Below, piece after piece: positions 50,807 to 60,659 of a DNA stretch of 64,000 bases. A model generated the notes under the pieces. It was not told the DNA's origin and did not search any database. It worked only from the letters and a program-made list of their open reading frames with translations. Source of the DNA: an uncultured bacterium (GTDB lineage Bacteria > Omnitrophota > Gorgyraeia > Zapsychrales > Aceulaceae); the NCBI GenBank assembly GCA_937930175.1, contig CALGLP010000009.1:549-64548 (forward strand). Direction: 5' to 3'. Position numbers and translations under genes: made by a program. How positions within the stretch are numbered: the stretch's first letter is position 1; each line of letters begins with the position of its first letter.

Positions 50807-51902
50807 ATAGTTTTCCAGGCAATTGCTTGACCAGGCCTGAAAGCTCTAGCTTTAAGAGAGCACTAAAAACACACGGCAGGGACAATTTACTTTCATAGCA
50901 AAGGGAATCTAGATCCCTGGGGCAACGCGATAAAAGCTTTAAAACGCTTGCCTCTTCCGGTGAAAGATTCTTGTCTGTCTGGACATGTTCACCTTCTTGA
51001 GGTTTTTCTTCTGTCAAAAGACAAGGCTTAACATCAAGCGATAGCTCATCCACAATATCCTGAACACACGTCACAAGCTTGGCTCCTTGCTTGATCAACT
51101 CGTTAACGCCGTGCGAACTCGGAGAGTCCACTTTCCCAGGAATAGCAAAAACGTCCCTGCCCTGCTCCAGAGCAAGATCCGCGGTGATCAAGGCACCACT
51201 TGTTTTAGCCGCTTCCACCACCACAACGCCAAGCGACAATCCGCTAATGATCCGATTTCGATGAGGAAAATGATAAGGCCGCGGAGGGGTGTCCAAAGGA
51301 AACTCCGAAAGAACCAATCCCTGCTCCGCAATCGCTTCAAACAATCTTTTATTTTCAGGAGGATAAATTTGTGCTAACCCCGTCCCTAAGACAGCAACGG
51401 TTTTCCCACGAACTTTAAGGACGCCTCGATGCGCTGCGGTATCAATGCCCCGCGCAAGCCCGGAAACAACTGTGAGGCGATAATCGCAGAGCTGCTGAGC
51501 TAGCTTTTCCGCGGTTGTCATGCCATAAACGGAGGCCCGGCGGCAGCCGACAATGGCAATCGCTAAAGTCTGCATCAGGGCAACATCTCCCCTGCCATAC
51601 AACACAACTGGCGGATCACAGATTTCTTTAAGCTGTTTTGGATATGCAGAATCAAAAATACTGACCACAAAGGCCTTGTGCTTTTTTAACAAGGCATATT
51701 CGTTCTTTAAAAAATCATCACAAGGAAACCGCGTGAGGGCGTTCACAGCTGACGGCGGAAGAAAACGACAGGAGCTAAAATCTTTTTCCTGGGCTTGAAA
51801 AATCTTTTCAGGAGAGCCAAAATGCGCAAGAAGTTTCTTGATGCGTGTAGGCCCAAGACCAAAGACGGCGTTGAGTGCAATCAGATAATCTAAGTTAACC
51901 AT
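50793..51902 (-). CDS. dprA: DNA processing protein DprA (SMF)
   Basis: 369 aa with a Rossmann-like DprA core (GLARGIDTAAHRGVL ... AIPG) and a C-terminal winged-helix. The dprA-topA adjacency is conserved. Confidence 0.88.
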   Translation of the reverse strand: MVNLDYLIALNAVFGLGPTRIKKLLAHFGSPEKIFQAQEKDFSSCRFLPPSAVNALTRFPCDDFLKNEYALLKKHKAFVVSIFDSAYPKQLKEICDPPVVLYGRGDVALMQTLAIAIVGCRRASVYGMTTAEKLAQQLCDYRLTVVSGLARGIDTAAHRGVLKVRGKTVAVLGTGLAQIYPPENKRLFEAIAEQGLVLSEFPLDTPPRPYHFPHRNRIISGLSLGVVVVEAAKTSGALITADLALEQGRDVFAIPGKVDSPSSHGVNELIKQGAKLVTCVQDIVDELSLDVKPCLLTEEKPQEGEHVQTDKNLSPEEASVLKLLSRCPRDLDSLCYESKLSLPCVFSALLKLELSGLVKQLPGKLFVLK

Positions 51903-52404
51903 TCTTTACAAGTTGCGTAATCGCGTCAACAACTTCGCTGACGCTTTTTTCCGAGGTGTCAATGGTATAATCAGCGTTTGCGTAAAAAGGCTCTCGCTTT
52001 AAGAGAAGCTCTTTGATCTTAGCTTGAGGGTCACTTACATTAAGAAGCGGGCGATGGGTTTCCTTTTTTGTGCGCTCATGCAAAACATCAATGCTCGCTT
52101 TTAAATAAACAATGATCCCCTGCTTTTTCAAGTGGACCATATTCTCCTCTTGCAGCACAATGCCGCCGCCGCAATCGATCACGAGATTTATTTCTTGAGC
52201 TAGCTGCGCAACCACTTTTCGTTCAAGGCCGCGAAAATACGCTTCACCCTTAAGAGCAAAAATATCAGCGATGGAGCATTGCTCGGCTTTGACAATGATC
52301 TCATCGGTGCTCACAAGTTTTCGCTGAAGTTTCTTGGCGAGCGCGCAGGCCACGGTTGTCTTTCCGGAACCCATAAAGCCAATTAATGCAATATTTTTAT
52401 CCAC
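51895..52404 (-). CDS. aroK: Shikimate kinase
   Basis: 169 aa starting MDKNIALIGFMGSGKTTVACALAKKL (Walker A). Confidence 0.9.
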   Translation of the reverse strand: MDKNIALIGFMGSGKTTVACALAKKLQRKLVSTDEIIVKAEQCSIADIFALKGEAYFRGLERKVVAQLAQEINLVIDCGGGIVLQEENMVHLKKQGIIVYLKASIDVLHERTKKETHRPLLNVSDPQAKIKELLLKREPFYANADYTIDTSEKSVSEVVDAITQLVKNG

Positions 52405-52436
52405 ATGAAGCCTTTCTCTTTTTTAGGCGATGGCAA

Positions 52437-52466
52437 ATTGTAACATGAGGACAACGGAAGTGTCAA
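52437..52466 (-). promoter_or_regulatory. Near-consensus sigma70 promoter upstream of aroK (TTGACA-N18-TACAAT)
   Basis: The minus strand reads TTGACActtccgttgtcctcatgtTACAAT. On the plus strand, tgtcaa is at 52461-52466 and attgta at 52437-52442. It is ~30 nt upstream of the aroK RBS/ATG. Confidence 0.5.
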
Positions 52467-52513
52467 GAAAGCAAGACTTGTTGGTCGACGTAGCCTTTTG
52501 CTAAAAGGTAGGT

Positions 52514-53305
52514 TTACTGTATCCCATACAAATGAAATAACCAGTAAAAAATTTCCTTGGAAAAGAATAGGGCGATGAGCGATCCCATGACAAGAAAAGG
52601 GCCGTAAGGAATAAGGCTTTCCTTGGTGCGGATTTTGACAATGATCCCAACAACAGCGCCAAAGAAAGGCGCGATAAAAAAAGCTAAAAGAGCCAGCTGC
52701 CAACCTAAAAAAGCACCAACCATGGCCATAAATTTAACATCTCCCCCGCCCATGGACTCTTTCTTAAAAAGAAAATCGCCAACAAGTCCCATCAGATAAA
52801 TTGATCCGCCACCGATTAAAATACCCAAGAAACTTCTCACCCCGCCAAGCAGATGCTGATCGGTGTGATGGAGCTGTGGAATCAAAAGACTAAAAAGGAA
52901 TCCAACCACCAATCCGCCCAAGGTAATCTCATCAGGAATAATCCTATGCTCAATATCCACGAAAGTAGCAACAATAAATCCAGAAAGCATCACCAAATAG
53001 GGCCACAGGATCGCCTCAAGCCCAAAATAACGATAAAATCCAAAAAAAGAAACGGCTGTCAAAAGCTCCACCAAAACATAGCGTATAGAAATCTTAGCCT
53101 GGCAAGATCGGCATTTGCCCTTCAAGAGAAAAAAACTGACCAAAGGAATATTATCATACCAGGGAATCATCTTGTTACAGTTCACGCAATGCGAGCGCGG
53201 CATAACGACGGACTCTTCCTTGGGCATGCGCACAATGCACACGTTCAAGAAACTTCCGATCATGCTTCCAAAGATAAAAATAAGAATACCGATCATGATT
53301 TCCAT
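52514..53305 (-). CDS. pilD: Type IV prepilin leader peptidase (A24 family)
   Basis: 263 aa with an N-terminal Zn-binding CxxC..CxxC (CVNCNKMIPW...CRSCQAKI), polytopic TM helices and the catalytic Asp motifs typical of PilD/GspO. Confidence 0.88.
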   Translation of the reverse strand: MEIMIGILIFIFGSMIGSFLNVCIVRMPKEESVVMPRSHCVNCNKMIPWYDNIPLVSFFLLKGKCRSCQAKISIRYVLVELLTAVSFFGFYRYFGLEAILWPYLVMLSGFIVATFVDIEHRIIPDEITLGGLVVGFLFSLLIPQLHHTDQHLLGGVRSFLGILIGGGSIYLMGLVGDFLFKKESMGGGDVKFMAMVGAFLGWQLALLAFFIAPFFGAVVGIIVKIRTKESLIPYGPFLVMGSLIALFFSKEIFYWLFHLYGIQ

Positions 53306-53317
53306 GCGTTAAGTCCT

Positions 53318-54181
53318 TTACTTTAGCCCATCATTAAGTGCTTTTTTCATTTTTGTCTTAATATTCTCAGGAAGCTCAACCCCTGCCCAATGCTGAAACG
53401 CAAGAACCCCTTGATAAAAAAGCATGCCTAGGCCATTGGAGGTCTTGGCACCTTTCTTTTTTGCCATCTTCAAAAGCACCGTTTGCGCGGGATTATACAC
53501 CAGATCATACACACAAAGGTTGGCATGCAAAGGCTCTTCATCAAGCAAAGGAATGTCCGTGGCCTTCATACCAACAGGTGTTGCGTTGATGAGCAAATCT
53601 GCAAGCTCGACATTCAGATCGTCGATGCTACTCACAGCCTCAACAATATCACAATTCATGCTCTTCTTTAAGTCAACAACAAGGTGCTCAGCCTTTTCAG
53701 GCTCAATATCAAAAATCTTAATCTGGCTTGGCCGCTCAGGGATCATACAAAGGGCTGACAGTACAGCCCGCGCTGCCCCACCAGCACCCAAAAGCGCCAC
53801 GCGCTTATCGTGCGTCGGAAACTTGAGCTCTGTCAAATGAGCTAGAAACCCAGGCCCATCCGTATTGTAGCCTTTAAGCTTGCGGTCTTCGCTGATCACA
53901 ATCGTATTGACGGCAGATACTTTTTGCGCGTAAGGACTCATGCTATCCAGGTACTTGATAACCTTTTCTTTATAAGGGACAGTCACATTAAGGCCAAAAA
54001 TAGGGCTGTCCTCCTTCTTTAAATCATGAAAAAAAGCATCGAGCTCGTCTTCTTTTAAAGGAAAAAGTTCATACGTCGCCTCAACTCCCAAAGCCTCAAA
54101 AGCGGCATTGTGCATTAAAGGAGAAAGGCTATGCCCTAAGGGATAGCCTATGAGTCCGTACGTTGTCATTTTATTGGTCAT
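53318..54181 (-). CDS. aroE: Shikimate dehydrogenase
   Basis: 287 aa starting YGLIGYPLGHSLSPLMHNAAF, with a GAGGAARAV NADP-binding motif. Confidence 0.92.
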   Translation of the reverse strand: MTNKMTTYGLIGYPLGHSLSPLMHNAAFEALGVEATYELFPLKEDELDAFFHDLKKEDSPIFGLNVTVPYKEKVIKYLDSMSPYAQKVSAVNTIVISEDRKLKGYNTDGPGFLAHLTELKFPTHDKRVALLGAGGAARAVLSALCMIPERPSQIKIFDIEPEKAEHLVVDLKKSMNCDIVEAVSSIDDLNVELADLLINATPVGMKATDIPLLDEEPLHANLCVYDLVYNPAQTVLLKMAKKKGAKTSNGLGMLFYQGVLAFQHWAGVELPENIKTKMKKALNDGLK

Positions 54182-54190
54182 AAATGATTA

Positions 54191-55711
54191 TCAGGTGGCG
54201 CCTTGAAAGATCATTTTGTTAATCGCGTTTAAATACGCCTTTGCGGAAGCTTCGAGGATATCCGTGCTTGATCCGTGACCGATATACTTTTTTCCTTGAA
54301 TGCGAACCTTGACGGTAACCTCACCTAAAGCATCTTTGCCATGGGTTACAGATTGAATGGAATAATCTAAAAGCTCACCCTTGACCTTAACCATCTGATC
54401 AATGGCCTTATAACAAGCATCCACAGGCCCATCACCTGAAGAGGTCTTTTCTAAAGCCTTACCCTTAGACTTGATCGCCACCGTTGCCTTAGGCGCGATC
54501 TTCGTACCACTCGTAACCGCAAGACTCACAAGTTGCCACGTATTGGGAAGGAACTTTGTTTCATCTTCCGCGATCGAAACTAAATCCTCATCGAAAACTT
54601 GCTTCTTTTTGTCCGCAACCGCTTTAAAACGTGTAAAGGCGCGATCAAGATCAGCATCTTTTAAGTCAATACCTAAGACTTTTAAACGCACACGAAAGGC
54701 ATGACGACCAGAATGCTTTCCTAAAACAAGACCCGTCTCCATAAAACCAACATCTTCCGGGCGCATGATTTCATAGGTTGAGCGCTCTTTCAAAACACCG
54801 TCTTGATGAATACCCGCTTCATGACGAAAAGCATTCGCGCCAACAATAGCCTTATTCGGCGCGACAACAAATCCTGAATATTTGCTCACAAGCCGTGAAA
54901 CACGACAGATTTCCTGCGTTTTGATATTTGTTTTACATCCAAAATAATCCTCGCGTGTCTTCAAGGCCATAACAATTTCTTCCATCGATGCGTTACCGGC
55001 TCGTTCACCGATACCGTTCACAGTGCATTCCACCTGACGCGCACCATTCTTAATCGCGGCCAAAGAATTGGCCACGCCAAGACCTAAATCATTATGGCAA
55101 TGAACTGAAATAACAGCTTTATGGATATTCGGAACATGGCTGTAAATATCATGAATAAGCTGGCCAAATTGATCCGGCATGCCGTAACCCACGGTATCAG
55201 GAATATTCACGGTCTTGGCCCCTGCCTTGATGACAGCTTCAACCACACGAAACAAGAAATCTCCCTCGGTCCTGGAAGCATCTTCAGGCGAAAACTCAAT
55301 ATCATCATGCTTAGTCCTCGCATACTTAACCGCATCAATAGCCATCTGCAAAATTTCTTCCTTGGTGCGTTTAAATTTATACTGAAGATGAATCTTGGAT
55401 GTTGCCAAGAAAACATGAATGCGTGAACTTTTAGCACACTTCACGGCATCGGCACAAGCATCGATATCCGCTTTAATCGAGCGCGCCAAACCGCAAACTG
55501 TCGATGTCTTGATATGCTTAGCCACGCTCTTGACGGCGCTAAAATCACCTTTAGAGATCACAGGAAAACCTGCCTCGATGATATCAACGCCTAAACGCTC
55601 TAGAGCGAAAGCGACTTCGAGCTTTTCTTTCTCGTTCATGCTCGCACCCGGGGCTTGCTCCCCGTCGCGTAAGGTCGTGTCGAAAATATAAACTTTATCG
55701 TTTTTCATCAT
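54191..55711 (-). CDS. leuA: 2-isopropylmalate synthase (LeuA/CimA family)
   Basis: Start at MMKNDKVYIFDTTLRDGEQAPG with a GAGG Shine-Dalgarno. A HMGL-like TIM barrel with HxH metal motifs (VHCHNDLGL) and a C-terminal LeuA dimer/regulatory domain are present. Adjacent to ilvC. Confidence 0.85.
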   Translation of the reverse strand: MMKNDKVYIFDTTLRDGEQAPGASMNEKEKLEVAFALERLGVDIIEAGFPVISKGDFSAVKSVAKHIKTSTVCGLARSIKADIDACADAVKCAKSSRIHVFLATSKIHLQYKFKRTKEEILQMAIDAVKYARTKHDDIEFSPEDASRTEGDFLFRVVEAVIKAGAKTVNIPDTVGYGMPDQFGQLIHDIYSHVPNIHKAVISVHCHNDLGLGVANSLAAIKNGARQVECTVNGIGERAGNASMEEIVMALKTREDYFGCKTNIKTQEICRVSRLVSKYSGFVVAPNKAIVGANAFRHEAGIHQDGVLKERSTYEIMRPEDVGFMETGLVLGKHSGRHAFRVRLKVLGIDLKDADLDRAFTRFKAVADKKKQVFDEDLVSIAEDETKFLPNTWQLVSLAVTSGTKIAPKATVAIKSKGKALEKTSSGDGPVDACYKAIDQMVKVKGELLDYSIQSVTHGKDALGEVTVKVRIQGKKYIGHGSSTDILEASAKAYLNAINKMIFQGAT

Positions 55712-55844
55712 ACACCTCTTCAAAAATCCGAATGCCCCAAACCCCAATGTCGAATGAATGAATCAAATCGTAATGTCCAATTGCAAATTAAATCATTGTG
55801 ATTTCATTTTGCATTGGAATTTGGTCATTGATCATTTATTCCTT

Positions 55845-55971
55845 TATTTCATCCACGGCATCATAAATGAGGCCATAGTTTACGGACGAACACAGTGAGA
55901 AACGTAAACAATCTGGCCGAATTTACTCCGAGCGATAGCGAGGAGTCTCCTATTTCATCCACGGCATCATA
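55845..55971. repeat. 21-nt exact direct repeat (tatttcatccacggcatcata) duplicating the 3' end of ilvC inside the ilvC-leuA intergenic region
   Basis: Copy A is at 55845-55865 and copy B at 55951-55971. Copy B encodes the last six codons plus stop of ilvC (MMPWMK*). The copies are 106 bp apart. Confidence 0.7.
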
Positions 55972-56939
55972 TCGCGAAGCTGGGAGCCCACCTTTTCAAT
56001 CAAATGGCCATCCGCTTCTTTACGCCAGGCATTAAAATTAGGTCGTCCTTTTTTATTTTCGCGAATCCATTCTTTAGCAAACTTGCCAGACTGGACTTCG
56101 GAGAGCATCTTTTTCATCACCTTACGTGTCTTATCGCTAATGACACGCTTGCCTCGTGAAAAATCACCATACTCGGCGGTATCCGATACGCGCTTACGCA
56201 TACCCTGAATTCCCGTCGAGTAAATAAGATCTGTGATGAGTTTGAGCTCATGCAAACATTCAAAATACGCGATCTCTGGCTGATAACCAGCTTCGACTAA
56301 CGTATCAAATCCTGCCTTAACAAGTTCACTCACGCCACCGCAAAGAACAGCCTGCTCGCCAAAGAGGTCAGTTTCCGTTTCTTCCTTAAACGTTGTTTCA
56401 ATCACACCCGCGCGAGCACCGCCAATCCCCTTGGCATAAGCAAGAGCAGTCTTAAGCGCGTTGCCTGTGGCGTCTTGGTGGATCGCGACGAGGCATGGAA
56501 CGCCTTTACCTTCCACATATTGACTGCGCACCAAAGCCCCTGGCCCCTTAGGAGCGATCATAAACACGTCGATATCCGCCGGTGGCTTAATTTGGCCAAA
56601 ATGAATATTAAACCCATGGGAAAAAAGTAATGATTTCCCAGCTTTAAGATTCTTTTTAATATCTTTCTTGTACACTGCGGCCTGCACATGGTCTTGGGTC
56701 AACACCTGAATAATATCCGCATTCTTTGTTGCGGTCTTGACATCCACAGGTTCAAAGCCATCTTCTTTAGCCTTCTTGTAGTTGTCGGTTCCTTCAAGCT
56801 CGCTGACAATTACTTTCAACCCGCTATCACGCAAATTCAACGCCTGCCCTCGGCCCTGAATACCATAACCGATGATCGCAATTGTTTTATTCTTAATGAA
56901 ATCTAAATTTGCATCCTTGTCATAATAAATTTTTGCCAT
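55950..56939 (-). CDS. ilvC: Ketol-acid reductoisomerase
   Basis: 329 aa starting [40 protein letters not shown] (class I KARI). Confidence 0.95.
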   Translation of the reverse strand: MAKIYYDKDANLDFIKNKTIAIIGYGIQGRGQALNLRDSGLKVIVSELEGTDNYKKAKEDGFEPVDVKTATKNADIIQVLTQDHVQAAVYKKDIKKNLKAGKSLLFSHGFNIHFGQIKPPADIDVFMIAPKGPGALVRSQYVEGKGVPCLVAIHQDATGNALKTALAYAKGIGGARAGVIETTFKEETETDLFGEQAVLCGGVSELVKAGFDTLVEAGYQPEIAYFECLHELKLITDLIYSTGIQGMRKRVSDTAEYGDFSRGKRVISDKTRKVMKKMLSEVQSGKFAKEWIRENKKGRPNFNAWRKEADGHLIEKVGSQLRDMMPWMK

Positions 56940-56961
56940 GAACTGCTCCTCTCGTTAAAAG

Positions 56962-57921
56962 TTAAACTAAGATTTTAATTAAGTTTAGATATTCATCAAT
57001 GGGAAGATTGGTGGACGCACACGCTTGACCCAAATCAACGACATTGATCTTGTTTTGCAACACACCGACGGCCTTACCATAGTGACCCTGAATTAAACAC
57101 TCCACGGCTGCGGCACCAAGCCGCGTGGCTAAAATACGATCTGGAGCGGTAGGGGTCCCCCCACGCTGAATATGTCCCAAGACAACATAACGACTCTCCA
57201 ATCCTGTGATCTTGGTCACCTTCTCGGCAACCTTATACGCCTTGCCTGCGCCTTCGGCGACAATAATCATCCAACTAATTTTTCCTTTTTTATGGCCTTT
57301 CTTGATCTCCTCATACATCTTTTTATAATCAAATACACGCTCTGGAATGATCACATCTTCGGCACCTGACCCAACAGCCACTTGCATGGCGATATATCCC
57401 GAATGGCGCCCCATCACTTCAACAACAAAAATACGTTCCATACTATGGGCCGTATCGCGAATCTTGTCGATCGCCTCGAGGGCAACGTTAACCGCCGTAT
57501 GGCATCCAATCGTTTGATCGGTTCCATAAAGATCGTTATCAATCGTGCCTGGAACACCCACCACAGGAATATTCCATGAACGAAAAAGATCCAAGGCTCC
57601 GGCGTAGCTGCCATCTCCGCCAATCACAACAAGTCCATCAATCTTATGCTTTGTTAACGTGGCCGCAGCCTTAGCAACTCCGGCTTTTGTTCTAAATTCG
57701 GGGCACCGTGAAGTTTTTAAGAATGTCCCTCCGCGACTAATAATATTGGACACCGACCGTCGATTAAGATCAACAATTTCATCATCAATCAAGCCTTGAT
57801 AGCCGCGCATAATTCCTTTGACCGCAAGGCCATGATAGAGCGCGTAACGAACAACACTGCGAATCGCTGCATTCATCCCCGAGCCATCACCGCCAGAGGT
57901 TAAAACAGCAATTGTTTTCAT
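56962..57921 (-). CDS. pfkA: ATP-dependent 6-phosphofructokinase
   Basis: Start at MKTIAVLTSGGDGSGMNAAIRSVV..., which parallels E. coli PfkA. A GGDGS motif is present. Confidence 0.9.
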   Translation of the reverse strand: MKTIAVLTSGGDGSGMNAAIRSVVRYALYHGLAVKGIMRGYQGLIDDEIVDLNRRSVSNIISRGGTFLKTSRCPEFRTKAGVAKAAATLTKHKIDGLVVIGGDGSYAGALDLFRSWNIPVVGVPGTIDNDLYGTDQTIGCHTAVNVALEAIDKIRDTAHSMERIFVVEVMGRHSGYIAMQVAVGSGAEDVIIPERVFDYKKMYEEIKKGHKKGKISWMIIVAEGAGKAYKVAEKVTKITGLESRYVVLGHIQRGGTPTAPDRILATRLGAAAVECLIQGHYGKAVGVLQNKINVVDLGQACASTNLPIDEYLNLIKILV

Positions 57922-57955
57922 TTTATTCTTCTTCACCATAATCAGTCTCTTAAGC

Positions 57956-59374
57956 TTAATAACGATAATGATCCGATTTATACGGACCGTTAACTGGACA
58001 GCCAATATATTTCGCTTGTTTTTCCGTTAGCGTTGTCAATTTCACGCCCACATGATCCAAATGAAGGCGCGCGACTTCTTCGTCCAATTCTTTGGGAAGA
58101 CGATACACGCCAATCTTGTATTCTTTGCTCCAAAGCGCTAACTGCGCCAAGGTTTGATTGGTAAACGAATTGCTCATCACAAACGATGGATGTCCTGTGG
58201 CGCAACCAAGATTGACCAAGCGTCCCTCAGCCAACAAAACAATCGAATGCCCATCTTTAAAATAATATTGGTCAACCTGAGGTTTGACGTTGACTTTTTT
58301 GACTCCAGGCCACGCATTAAGACGGCCAACCTGGATCTCATTATCAAAGTGTCCAATATTACAAACAATTGCGCCATCTTTCATTTTGGACATCTGCTCA
58401 GCGGTAATGACCTCACAATTGCCTGTGGCCGTCACAAAAATATCACCTAGTGATATCACATCCTCAAGAGTTTTAACCTCATAACCTTCCATGGCAGCCT
58501 GAAGAGCGCAGATGGGATCGATCTCGGTAACAATCACACGAGATCCATATGCCTTCATTGAGCGCGCCGACCCCTTGCCCACATCACCATAGCCGCAGAC
58601 AACAACGACCTTGCCAGCCACCATGATATCAGTAGCGCGCTTAATACCGTCGGCCAGGGATTCACGACAACCATACAAATTATCAAATTTAGATTTGGTC
58701 ACCGAATCATTAACATTAAACGCGGGAAACAACAACTCATTCTTCTCAAGCATTTGATATAAGCGATGCACCCCTGTTGTTGTCTCTTCCGAAACGCCCT
58801 TCATCTCTTTGACAACACGATGCCAACGCTTAGCATCTTGCTTTAAAATTGCTTTTAACGCCACTAAAAGTTCTTGCTCATCTTCGGTATCGGCCTTGGC
58901 ATCCAAAACTTTAGCATTATTTTCTGCTTCATAACCTTTATGAATCATCATCGTAGCGTCTCCCCCATCATCTACGATCAGGGTCGGACCTTGAGCGCCG
59001 GGAAAGGAGAGCGCTTTGTCCGTACACCACCAATATTCCTTGAGGGTCTCACCTTTCCAGGCAAAGACAGGAATGCCTAAATCAGCAATGGCCGCGGCTG
59101 CATGATCTTGCGTTGAAAAAATATTGCAGCTTGCCCAGCGTACCTGTGCGCCAAGAGCTGCCAGCGTCTTAATGAGAACAGCGGTCTGGATCGTCATATG
59201 CAACGAACCCATAATGCGTGCGCCCTTCAAGGGCTTTTGACCCTTATATTTTTTCTGCAAAGCCATCAAACCTGGCATCTCTTTTTCAGCTAATTCAATT
59301 TCCTTATGACCAAATGTTGCCAAGGATATGTCTTTAATTTTATAATCTTGTGTTACTTTTTCTTTCATTACCAT
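57956..59374 (-). CDS. ahcY: Adenosylhomocysteinase
   Basis: ~473 aa with an NAD-binding domain ([13 protein letters not shown]) and C-terminal motifs conserved in AhcY. The start was chosen at an ATG with an AAGGAAAAGG Shine-Dalgarno. Confidence 0.92.
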   Translation of the reverse strand: MVMKEKVTQDYKIKDISLATFGHKEIELAEKEMPGLMALQKKYKGQKPLKGARIMGSLHMTIQTAVLIKTLAALGAQVRWASCNIFSTQDHAAAAIADLGIPVFAWKGETLKEYWWCTDKALSFPGAQGPTLIVDDGGDATMMIHKGYEAENNAKVLDAKADTEDEQELLVALKAILKQDAKRWHRVVKEMKGVSEETTTGVHRLYQMLEKNELLFPAFNVNDSVTKSKFDNLYGCRESLADGIKRATDIMVAGKVVVVCGYGDVGKGSARSMKAYGSRVIVTEIDPICALQAAMEGYEVKTLEDVISLGDIFVTATGNCEVITAEQMSKMKDGAIVCNIGHFDNEIQVGRLNAWPGVKKVNVKPQVDQYYFKDGHSIVLLAEGRLVNLGCATGHPSFVMSNSFTNQTLAQLALWSKEYKIGVYRLPKELDEEVARLHLDHVGVKLTTLTEKQAKYIGCPVNGPYKSDHYRY

Positions 59375-59392
59375 ACCTTTTCCTTTGAATGA

Positions 59393-59436
59393 GGGCAAAT
59401 GACTTAGGCACCTTTACACGCCTAAGTCATTTGCCC
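59393..59436. repeat. Perfect 17-bp inverted repeat with 10-nt spacer (gggcaaatgacttaggc-acctttacac-gcctaagtcatttgccc)
   Basis: Read directly from the sequence. It lies between the metK stop (59478) and the ahcY Shine-Dalgarno/ATG (59374), ending 5 nt before the ahcY Shine-Dalgarno on the mRNA. No U-tract follows on the minus strand. Confidence 0.9.
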
Positions 59437-59477
59437 GAAATGAACTCCAAAGCAAAAAACGCTTCGAAGAATTAAAA

Positions 59478-60638
59478 CTATTTTCTTTTTGCTTCTTTAG
59501 CCAGAAGACTGGCCTTGTCTATTTTTTCCCAGGTAAATTCTTCACGGCCAAAATGACCATAAGCCGCAGTCTTTTGATAAATCGGGGTTAAAAGTTTAAG
59601 CGTTTTAATGATGCCTTGCGGTGTCAAATCAAAATGCTTACGCACCAGGTCAACAAGAACCTGCTCTGAAACATTCCCCGTGCCAAACGTATCGACGGTC
59701 ACGCTCACAGGATCTGCACGGCCAATCGCATACCCAAACTGGATCCAACATCGTTTGGCAAGCTTGGCTGCCACAATATTCTTGGCCACATAGCGCGCCA
59801 TATACGTTGCCGAACGATCCACCTTGGTTGGATCTTTGCCAGAAAAAGCGCCGCCGCCGTGGGAAACAACCCCACCATAAGTATCAACAATGATTTTTCG
59901 TCCCGTCACACCTGTATCGGACTGTGGGCCGCCAACCACAAATTTCCCAGTTTCGTTCACGTAAAACTTTGTCTTGGCGTCAACCCACTTATCAAGGATA
60001 GGACGCGCAATGACATCAATAATTTCTTTCTTGGCTTCTGCCGTAATTCTCATTCCCGTCTTATCAAGGATCTTGGTTGTGTGCTGACACGCCAGAACAA
60101 CCGTATCCACACGAAACGGCACGCCATCTTCATATTCGATCGTAACCTGACTTTTGCAGTCGGGACCAAGATAATCAAGCTCGCTAGACTTGCGCACATC
60201 TTCAATACGCTTAACCAGCTTGTGCGCCAACATGATTGGAAGCGGCATGAGCTCCTTGGTTTCATCACACGCATACCCAATCATAATCCCCTGATCTCCG
60301 GCGCCTCCAGCATCCACGCCTTGAGCAATATCCGGTGATTGACTCACAATAGCGCTTAACACCGCGCAGGTATAGGCTGAAAAACCATAGCGATCATGGT
60401 TATATCCAATATCAATCAAGACTTTCTTAACTAATTTCTGAACATTAATAAAAGTCGTTGTTGTAATTTCTCCACCGACCACGACAAGACCCGTCGTGAC
60501 AAAGGTTTCGCATGCCACACGCCCCTTGGGATCATCTTTTAAAACCGCATCTAACACCGCATCTGAAATCTGATCACACACCTTGTCCGGATGGCCTGCG
60601 CCTACGGATTCTGACGTAATAAAATAACGACCTTTCAC
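59478..60638 (-). CDS. metK: S-adenosylmethionine synthetase
   Basis: 386 aa starting [30 protein letters not shown], with a [16 protein letters not shown] motif. Confidence 0.95.
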   Translation of the reverse strand: MKGRYFITSESVGAGHPDKVCDQISDAVLDAVLKDDPKGRVACETFVTTGLVVVGGEITTTTFINVQKLVKKVLIDIGYNHDRYGFSAYTCAVLSAIVSQSPDIAQGVDAGGAGDQGIMIGYACDETKELMPLPIMLAHKLVKRIEDVRKSSELDYLGPDCKSQVTIEYEDGVPFRVDTVVLACQHTTKILDKTGMRITAEAKKEIIDVIARPILDKWVDAKTKFYVNETGKFVVGGPQSDTGVTGRKIIVDTYGGVVSHGGGAFSGKDPTKVDRSATYMARYVAKNIVAAKLAKRCWIQFGYAIGRADPVSVTVDTFGTGNVSEQVLVDLVRKHFDLTPQGIIKTLKLLTPIYQKTAAYGHFGREEFTWEKIDKASLLAKEAKRK

Positions 60639-60659
60639 GTGACATTCCTCCTGTTTTGA

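Noticed and set aside
52383-52703. 106-aa minus-strand ORF overlapping the pilD 3' end and the aroK promoter region
   Set aside because: It overlaps the well-supported pilD frame and the aroK promoter, and shows no conserved motif. It is a spurious frame.
55845-55880. 10-codon mini-ORF MASFMMPWMK as a leucine-operon leader peptide
   Set aside because: No Shine-Dalgarno precedes it, it has no Leu codons, and it is an exact copy of the ilvC C-terminus. It is more likely a duplication scar.
59375-59477. SAH riboswitch upstream of ahcY
   Set aside because: The spacer is only ~100 nt and is dominated by one perfect hairpin. I cannot recognise the SAH-riboswitch pseudoknot or conserved loops by eye. 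This needs an Rfam scan, and it is kept only as an alternative in the palindrome finding.
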